Below, piece by piece: positions 1 through 9,863 of a stretch of 20,635 bases of DNA (position 1 is its first letter; each line of letters starts with the position of its first letter). The DNA is from Candidatus Krumholzibacteriia bacterium (lineage in GTDB: Bacteria > Krumholzibacteriota > Krumholzibacteriia > LZORAL124-64-63), in assembly GCA_046484865.1 (NCBI GenBank), contig JAWOID010000037.1, positions 1-20,635 of the forward strand, written 5' to 3'. A model generated the notes under the pieces. That model ran no database searches. It worked only from the letters and a program-made list of their open reading frames with translations, and was not told the DNA's origin. Position numbers and translations under genes: made by a program.

Positions 1-1
1 C

Positions 2-30
2 CCGCAACGGACTCGGAAGTCCCGTTGCGG
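2..30. other. Stem-loop at window edge
   Basis: CCGCAACGGACT-cgga-AGTCCCGTTGCGG: 12-bp stem with one bulge; context lies outside the window. Confidence 0.4.
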
Positions 31-177
31 AGATGTCTCGCACTTCGAGGAGGATCAGCCTACTGTTTACGGTCCCGGCAGTCCACAGGTCAAATGCCCG
101 CTCGGGTGTAAAGAAACCCTTAGCGGCCGTCGGATTTTCCGGGGCCGGGCCGGGGCCGGGGTTGACCGGCCGCGCGC

Positions 178-930
178 CTACTCCACCTTCCTGCCCCAGC
201 CGCGGTACGTGCGGCCCTCCAGCTCGGCGACCACCGTCAGCGGCATCTGCCGGCAGGTGGCCGCGTCCTGGCTGGGCCGGTCCATGATGGTCACCACCAT
301 TTCCCGTCCCTCTTGCTCGCAGTGGTAGGTGCGGCTGCTGCCCTCACCGTCCACCTCCGGCTCCACCCGCGGAAACTCGTGCCGGGAGTTCTTGCCCGCG
401 ACCATCACCAGCCGGTCGTCCAGGAACTCCAGTCGCCAGTTAGGCGCGTAGCCGGCCGCCAGCAGCTCGACGCCGCGCCGCCGCGCGTCTTCCCACAGCG
501 CCAGCTCCGGCTTGCTGTCGCAGCCGACGTACACGGTCTGCGGCGACTGGAGCCGCGCCTGTTTCCCGTCCAGCCAGAGCGTGTAGCCCTCCGCCTCGTA
601 ACGGGTGCTCGTGGGGGTCACCACTTTCTGGAGCCGGACGGTCCCCTCCGGCAGGACGATCCGGACGGCGTCGTCGCCGTCGGCCAGCACCAGGAACGTG
701 ACGTCGCGGCCACAGTCATACAGCCACGTCCCCGCAGGCACCGGCACGTCCGGCCTGGGCGCAACCGCGTTCCGCGGCGGCGGCGGCGGTTCGTCCGTGC
801 ACCCGGCGAGGGTGACGGCGAGGGCGACGGCGACGGCGACGGCGAGGGCCGTCTTGGCGGCGGCGGTGGCGGCTCTGGCGGCGAGCGCCGGCGCGACCAT
901 CGCGGGCGACGATTTCGGGCGTCGGTCCAT
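178..930 (-). CDS. Lipoprotein with MliC/PliC-like domain and COG3650-like C-terminal domain (degenerate motifs)
   Basis: ATG at 930 preceded by GGAGGGAG; lipobox LAGC; YDC...LQKVVTPTSTRY...LWLDGKQARL...C resembles MliC; WEDARRRGV..AAGYAPNW...YRGWG resembles the GNEPGW...GCG domain. Confidence 0.75.
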   Translation of the reverse strand: MDRRPKSSPAMVAPALAARAATAAAKTALAVAVAVALAVTLAGCTDEPPPPPRNAVAPRPDVPVPAGTWLYDCGRDVTFLVLADGDDAVRIVLPEGTVRLQKVVTPTSTRYEAEGYTLWLDGKQARLQSPQTVYVGCDSKPELALWEDARRRGVELLAAGYAPNWRLEFLDDRLVMVAGKNSRHEFPRVEPEVDGEGSSRTYHCEQEGREMVVTIMDRPSQDAATCRQMPLTVVAELEGRTYRGWGRKVE

Positions 931-988
931 GGCTCCCTCCTCTGCGGGGCTCCTCGCGAACTCGGACACCAGGGTCTCGTGGCGGAAG

Positions 989-997
989 AGACTAGCA
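989..997 (-). promoter_or_regulatory. Possible extended -10 promoter (TG-C-TAGTCT) for the lipoprotein gene
   Basis: Minus strand TGCTAGTCT about 60 nt upstream of the ATG at 930. Confidence 0.35.
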
Positions 998-1078
998 CGA
1001 CCCCCGCAGATGGTCTTCCACAGTTCGGCAGGAATCGGCGGAGTTTTAGCGCTGCTCGGAGGCGGTGGAAAACGGCTC

Positions 1079-1312
1079 GGGGCGGGCGGGCCAAGGCTCA
1101 GACGGCCGGGCGGGCGGGCTGGCGGGCGCTCGGACTAAGGCTCGGACGGGCGCTCGGGCTGGCCGACGGGTTGGCGGGCGGGCCAGGAGGACGCAGACGG
1201 GCGGGCGCTCGGGCTGGCTGGCGGGCGGGCGGGCCAGGGCGCAGACAGGCGGTTGGGCGGGCGGGCGGGCGGGCGCTCGGGCTAAGGCTCGGGCGGGCGC
1301 TCGGGCTGGCGT
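1079..1312 (+). repeat. (GGGC)n-rich low-complexity repeat region including a ~41-bp direct repeat
   Basis: CGGGCGCTCGGRCTAAGGCTCGGRCGGGCGCTCGGGCTGGC at ~1123-1163 and ~1270-1310; (GGGC)5 at 1256-1275. Confidence 0.8.
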
Positions 1313-1833
1313 TCGATTCCTCGGGCCGACAGCTCCCGCTGGTAGGCCTCGAGCACCTCCTCGCGGAAGCACGAGAACTCCACCAGATCGAGCGCGTCGC
1401 TGCGTCCCGTGAAGTCGACCACCTCGTCCACGGCGATGGCGACGGCCTGTTCCAGCGGAAAGCCGTAGGCCCCGGTGCTGATCGCCGGGAAGGCGACGCT
1501 GCGCAGGCCGTGTTCGGCACAGAGCGCAAGGCTGGTCCGGTAGCACGAACGCAGCAGCTCCGTCTCGCCTTGCCCACCGCCGCGCCAGACCGGTCCCACC
1601 GTGTGGATGACGTGAGTCGCCCGCAGGCCATGGCCGCGCGTGATCTTGGCCTGGCCGGTCTCGCAGCCACCGAGGCCTCGACACTCGTCCATCAGGTCGG
1701 CGCCCGCCGCCTGGTGGATGGCGCCGTCCACCCCGCCCCCGCCGAGCAGCGACTCGTTCGCCGCGTTCACGATGGCGTCGCCCTCGAACCGGGTGATGTC
1801 CCCGAGCACGGCACGGATCACGGTCTCCGCCAT
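1282..1833 (-). CDS. ymdB: Macrodomain O-acetyl-ADP-ribose deacetylase / ADP-ribosylhydrolase (MacroD type)
   Basis: [44 protein letters not shown] motifs; SD GAAGGAG before ATG at 1833. Confidence 0.93.
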   Translation of the reverse strand: MAETVIRAVLGDITRFEGDAIVNAANESLLGGGGVDGAIHQAAGADLMDECRGLGGCETGQAKITRGHGLRATHVIHTVGPVWRGGGQGETELLRSCYRTSLALCAEHGLRSVAFPAISTGAYGFPLEQAVAIAVDEVVDFTGRSDALDLVEFSCFREEVLEAYQRELSARGIERQPERPPEP

Positions 1834-1969
1834 GGAGATCTCCTTCGACTGCCGGCCGGTTTCGGCTGCCTGCCGGCGGGTTCGGGCGCCTGCCGGCTGG
1901 TCTCGGCCGTCCAGGGACCCGGGCGACGGGGCGCCGAAGCCGGCGGGCCGCCGGGTTTCAGCGCGGCAC

Positions 1970-2077
1970 GGTGCCAGCGCGGCGCCGGGTGCCAGCGCGG
2001 CGCCGGGTGCCAGCACGACGCCGGGTGCCAGCACGGCGCCGGGTGCCAGCACGGCGCCGGGTGCCAGCACGGCGCCG
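1970..2077 (+). repeat. Tandem repeat, 18 bp x 6 (GGTGCCAGCRCGRCGCCG)
   Basis: Units start at 1970, 1988, 2006, 2024, 2042, 2060. Confidence 0.95.
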
Positions 2078-2164
2078 CCGCTCGGAGGCTCGGTCGCCTC
2101 CCTGATCCCAACTTACCCCGGTCCACCTTCCCCGACCAGGCGAGCCCCGACCGCCGGCCATCGT

Positions 2165-2440
2165 TGCACCCGGGTACAACGGGCGGAAGGTGGCGCGGTC
2201 CGGCCTAACCCGAGTACCCGGGTACAACGGGCGGAAGGTGGCGCGGTCCGGCCTGACCCGAGTACCCGGGTACACTCGGCGGGAATTCGGCTTAACGGTG
2301 GGCGGTGGGCGGCGGCGGCCCGACTCCGGGCTGCGCCGATCGAGTACCCGGGTACCCGGGTGCACTGGGCGAAAGGCGTCGCGGTCCGGTTCGTGACCCG
2401 AGTACCCGGGTACACTGGGCGGAAGGCGACGCGGTCCGGC
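2165..2440. repeat. Cluster of ~48-50 bp units built on the palindrome GTACCCGGGTAC / TGCACCCGGGTACA (REP/BIME-like)
   Basis: ACCCGGGT cores at 2168, 2216, 2264, 2346, 2354, 2404; linkers near-identical (GGGCGRAAGGYG.CGCGGTCCGG). Confidence 0.9.
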
Positions 2441-2572
2441 GGCCCCCACGCCCCGGTTGTCCTGGACGTTTTCGGCAGCGATGTGCGGCGGCCGGTGGCC
2501 AACCACAGGCGGCATATATCCGACTTATCATGTCTGTTATTATCCCATCGGCCCGAATGGACCAGCGATGCG

Positions 2573-2607
2573 TCGATCGGTCGATCGGTCGATCGGTCGA
2601 TCGGTCG
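2573..2607 (+). repeat. Tandem repeat (TCGATCGG) x4
   Basis: Four exact 8-bp units 2573-2604, just downstream of the stop at 2613. Confidence 0.95.
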
Positions 2608-2612
2608 CGATA

Positions 2613-3077
2613 TCAGGCGCGCTGCTCGGCAGCGGCCATCTCCTGGAGGAGATTGTCGAAGGCGCGCACCACCACGCCTCGCGTCCAGATGTACATGATG
2701 GGCATCAGGGCCACCCAGACGCCGAGGGGTAGCACGAAGACCAGCGGGTTGGCGTTGGGCACGTCGGAGAGCATCATGGCCGTCGCCAGCGCCACTCCGA
2801 CGAGGATGAGCACCGCCGCCACCGTGGAGAACAGCCAGCCCACGCCCTGGAGGTCGGCCTGGACGTGCACCTGACCGCCCTTCACCGTCACCTCCACCCG
2901 GCGGGCGCCGTTGAGGGGGGTCTTGCGCTTGTCGAGCATGCGCGGTCCGAGGAACCGGAGCGACCGCGGCTCTTCGTGCACCACCCGGAAGCCCGCCTGG
3001 GTGAACGCCGTCACCGCCACCGCCAGCGCCTTGCCGCCGTCGCCGGCGATGGCGGCCGATCCCTGGTAGGACGTCAT
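2613..3077 (-). CDS. Hypothetical membrane protein (two C-terminal TM helices)
   Basis: Strong SD GGAGGTGA before ATG at 3077; GC3-rich codons; two hydrophobic stretches WLFSTVAAVLILVGVALATAMML and LVFVLPLGVWVALMPIMYIW. Confidence 0.8.
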   Translation of the reverse strand: MTSYQGSAAIAGDGGKALAVAVTAFTQAGFRVVHEEPRSLRFLGPRMLDKRKTPLNGARRVEVTVKGGQVHVQADLQGVGWLFSTVAAVLILVGVALATAMMLSDVPNANPLVFVLPLGVWVALMPIMYIWTRGVVVRAFDNLLQEMAAAEQRA

Positions 3078-3368
3078 CGAGTCACCTCCGGCCGGACAGT
3101 ATACCCTGGGCCCGTGCAAACCCGCAGTCCTGTCTCGCTGCCACGTCGCGGAACCTTGCTTCCGACCCGGGTTACCCTAAATTGGTCACCGCGGCGCCTC
3201 CGTGACTGCACGGCCGCGCCACCGTGACCCGCACCGCGGCGCCTCTGTGACCCGACCGCGGCGCCATCGCGAACGCTCCCGGGCGGTAGGAACGGCCTCG
3301 ACGTCGCCGGTGGGCGCCGGCCGCCGGCGGACCCGCCGGCAGATCCCCGAACCTTGAGGAAGTCGTCC

Positions 3369-5045
<1,677 letters not shown>

Positions 5046-5106
5046 GAGGCGGTGCGAGGCGAAGCACGGCCCGAGACCCGCTATCGCGAACCGTTCCCAA
5101 AGTGGC

Positions 5107-5150
5107 GCCGGCGCCCTGGGCCAGGAGGCTCGGGGCGCCGGCTCTTTGTT
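5107..5150 (+). terminator. Intrinsic terminator of ettA
   Basis: 16-bp stem GCCGGCGCCCTGGGCC-agga-GGCTCGGGGCGCCGGC (two G-U pairs) followed by TCTTTGTT. Confidence 0.75.
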
Positions 5151-5260
5151 CCCTGGGAGACCCGCGGCGGTCGCCGCTTCACGTCGTGAGGCCCGAGAGG
5201 CCGCCACTCCAGCCAGCGCCTGATTTCCGCGGGGAAACTCGCGGATTGTTACGCGCTCCC

Positions 5261-5280
5261 GAGTGCACCCGGGTGCACTC
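5261..5280. repeat. Perfect 20-bp palindrome GAGTGCACCCGGGTGCACTC (same family as 2165-2440)
   Basis: Perfect self-complement; preceded by CC giving CCCGAGT as in the 2165-2440 units; overlaps the ATPase stop codon by 2 nt. Confidence 0.9.
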
Positions 5281-6469
5281 AGTCCCGACAGTCGTCGCCG
5301 GGCATCACGCGCCGCATGAAACCGTCGAACAGGGGAACGGTGAAGGCCGTGTCCCCGTGGCTCGGGCTCCAGACCATGCCTTTCCTGATGAGCTGGGACC
5401 GCGTCGGCGCGACCGACTGCACGGTCCTGTCGAGCACGCCGGCGACGTCCCCCGAGCGGTGCGGTCCCCGACCGAGCTGGGCCATGGCGCGCAGGTACCG
5501 CTTCTCGGACGAGGTGAGGCGGTCGAAGCGGACGCGGAAGAACCCCTCGTCGAGCGCGGCGATCACCGTTATGGTCGCCGCCTCGACGTCCTGCAGGGTG
5601 ATGACGGGTCCGTCCGCCACGTCCCAGCATTGCATCCCCCACTCCTGGATGAAATAGGGATACCCCTCGGTCTGAGCGATGATCCGGGCGAGGGCTTCGG
5701 TCGTGTAGTCCGCCCCCTCGCGGCGTGCCGGCACGACGAGAGCCGACTCGGAATGGACGGGGGATAGCGGGCCCACGGTCTCGAAGTCGAACAGTCGCTC
5801 GGCATAGGACTTGGCGCGCCCGAACTGGCCGGCGAGTTGCGGCAGCCCTGCCCCCACCAGCGTGACCGGAAGCTGGAGCTGCGCCGCCCGATGCAGCGCC
5901 GTGATCAGGGCCGCCAGTTCGGCCTCCTCGACGTATTGCAGCTCATCGATGAACAGGGCCAGAACCGTGTCGGCCCGCGCTGCGGCCTGGCCGACGACCT
6001 CGAAGAGGTCCTGCAGGTCGTGCTCGAGGTCGCCGTTGTCGGCCAGACCCGGCTCCGGCTCGAAGTCGATCCCGACCTCGATATCGTTGTACTTGACCTT
6101 CAGTGCGCCGACGAAACCGGCCAGCCCCCTCAAGGCCCGCCTGGCCAGGTCGTGGGCCTGCTCGTTCTTGGAAAGACGGAGCAGAGCCTGTCGCAACTGC
6201 GGAGCGAGGATCGCGGGCAGGGAACGGGACTCCGGAGCTTCCACGCGCATGGTCCTGATGCCGGCAGATTCGGCGTCCTTCCGCAACTGGTCGAGCAGCA
6301 CGGTCTTGCCGACCCCCCGCAAGCCGACCATCAGCACACTCTTGGCAGGGCGGTGCGCCCGGATCCGAGCGAGCGCGATGCTCACCTTGTGGCGGAACTC
6401 GTCCCGTCCGGCGAGCTCCGGCGGCGGGGTCCCCGCACCGGGGGCATAGGGGTTTTTGATCGGGTCCAT
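5279..6469 (-). CDS. P-loop ATP-binding protein (AAA_16/STAND-like) with probable C-terminal winged helix
   Basis: NPY.PGAG.PP.LAGR start, Walker A GLRGVGKT, Walker B LFIDE, GYPYFIQ, C-terminal SGDVAGVL...RSQLIRKG...FTVPLF. Confidence 0.9.
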   Translation of the reverse strand: MDPIKNPYAPGAGTPPPELAGRDEFRHKVSIALARIRAHRPAKSVLMVGLRGVGKTVLLDQLRKDAESAGIRTMRVEAPESRSLPAILAPQLRQALLRLSKNEQAHDLARRALRGLAGFVGALKVKYNDIEVGIDFEPEPGLADNGDLEHDLQDLFEVVGQAAARADTVLALFIDELQYVEEAELAALITALHRAAQLQLPVTLVGAGLPQLAGQFGRAKSYAERLFDFETVGPLSPVHSESALVVPARREGADYTTEALARIIAQTEGYPYFIQEWGMQCWDVADGPVITLQDVEAATITVIAALDEGFFRVRFDRLTSSEKRYLRAMAQLGRGPHRSGDVAGVLDRTVQSVAPTRSQLIRKGMVWSPSHGDTAFTVPLFDGFMRRVMPGDDCRD

Positions 6470-6470
6470 G

Positions 6471-6540
6471 ATGGAAGTATAGCAGAGTTAGGAGAGTTAG
6501 CCAAATTAGATAACTTCCCTAAACTCCCTATATTTTCCAT
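6471..6540 (-). promoter_or_regulatory. Sigma70-type promoter (TTGGCT-17-TATACT, extended TG) inside an AT-rich imperfect inverted repeat with 9-bp periodicity
   Basis: -35 at 6504-6499, -10 at 6481-6476, 6 nt before the ATG; arms ATGGAAGTATAG... and ...CTATATTTTCCAT. Confidence 0.7.
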
Positions 6541-6700
6541 CGGGCGGCGAACGCTGGGAGCCACCGGAGGACCGAACCTGCGTTTCCCCGGGGATACTCG
6601 CCGGCGCCCGGCAACGACATCTTCGTCCTCGATGGGGACACGGGGATCAGCAACCAGCTGACCGCCCCCTGGCACTAGAGCAGCCCGGTCTGGCTGCCCG

Positions 6701-6806
6701 CAGCGCGTTCGTGTTCGCCCGCGACGCCGGCGATCGCACGGAGGCGCACTCGTTCACCGTGGTCGAGAACTGGTTCGAGGCTTTCCGCGAAAAGCGAGCG
6801 CATTGA
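6701..6806 (+). pseudogene. Orphan 3' gene remnant resembling the C-terminus of kinase-associated TolB/PD40 beta-propeller proteins
   Basis: 6708-6806 translates FVFARDAGDRTEAHSFTVVENWFEAFREKRAH*; no credible start seen just upstream. Confidence 0.55.
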
Positions 6807-6834
6807 CAGAATCTACCTTTAGACGTAGTCTATC
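6803..6834 (+). promoter_or_regulatory. Sigma70 promoter TTGACA-17-TAGTCT overlapped by an ICE/Per-box-like operator TTTAGAC-GTA-GTCTATC
   Basis: -35 6803-6808, -10 6826-6831, ATG 7 nt later at 6839; TAGAC/GTCTA palindrome at 6820-6832. Confidence 0.75.
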
Positions 6835-6838
6835 CTCC

Positions 6839-7261
6839 ATGAAGCGCGATGAGGCATCCGTTCTGCTCGATCACGGGATCAAGCCTTCGGCCCAGCGGGT
6901 CGCGGTGGCGCAGTACGTCCTGAACACCGATGCGCACCCCTCGGCCGATGAGGTGTGGACCCGGGTGCGAGAACACTTTCCCTGCATCTCCCGGGCGACC
7001 GTCTACAACACCCTCCATCTGTTCGTCGAGAAGCGGTTGCTGCGCCAGCTGGTTCTCACCGAGGGACGCGTGGTGTTCGACCCGAGGACCGACAACCATC
7101 ACCACTTCATCGAAGACGACTCCGGCACGATCCACGACGTGGCGTGGGACGCCGTCAGGGTGTCGGATCTCGCGAAGATCCCCGGATTGGAGGTCCGGGA
7201 GTACCAGGTCGTCATGCGCGGAAAGAGGACGCGCAAGAGAGGCAAGAGAGGAAGGAACTGA
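6839..7261 (+). CDS. Fur-family transcriptional repressor, Irr-like (no CxxC, HHH motif)
   Basis: GIKPSAQR, HPSADEV, ISRATVYNTL, FD...NHHHF; lies directly upstream of katG. Confidence 0.9.
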   Translation: MKRDEASVLLDHGIKPSAQRVAVAQYVLNTDAHPSADEVWTRVREHFPCISRATVYNTLHLFVEKRLLRQLVLTEGRVVFDPRTDNHHHFIEDDSGTIHDVAWDAVRVSDLAKIPGLEVREYQVVMRGKRTRKRGKRGRN

Positions 7262-7303
7262 ACGGTCTGCCGCGCTTCTTTTTTTCGCTGCTGTTTCGAA
7301 AGA

Positions 7304-9770
<2,467 letters not shown>

Positions 9771-9799
9771 TCCGGTCGGTCACCGGGCTCAACGACGCT

Positions 9800-9831
9800 C
9801 GCGGGCGAGGGGCTGGGTCCCCTCGCCCGCG
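9800..9831. terminator. GC hairpin between convergent genes
   Basis: 13-bp perfect stem CGCGGGCGAGGGG-ctgggt-CCCCTCGCCCGCG; no U tract. Confidence 0.55.
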
Positions 9832-9863
9832 GCGAAGCGGACGCGTTCGCGTCGACGACGGTC

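Noticed and set aside
1834..2070. 79-aa N-terminal extension of the macrodomain protein
   Set aside because: Strong SD at the ATG 1833 where homology begins; extension is repeat-derived
2165..2440. CRISPR array
   Set aside because: Sequences between the palindromic cores are near-identical rather than unique spacers; no cas genes in the window
2522..2550. dif/Xer site
   Set aside because: Only partial resemblance to the XerD arm (ACATGATAAGT versus TTATGTTAAAT); the inner TTAT is missing
313..2698. Long plus-strand ORFs (631 aa, 352 aa) and repeat-derived peptides such as (CWHPAP)n or (CQHGAG)n as RiPP precursors
   Set aside because: Antisense shadows of real genes or translations of the 18-bp VNTR in high-GC DNA; no SD, and far from the rSAM gene
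3187..3265. Three CCGCGGCGCC repeats upstream of ettA as a structured leader
   Set aside because: Short GC-only repeats with no recognisable riboswitch or leader peptide
7262..7286. Terminator after the Fur-family gene
   Set aside because: A T-run is present but the preceding stem is very weak
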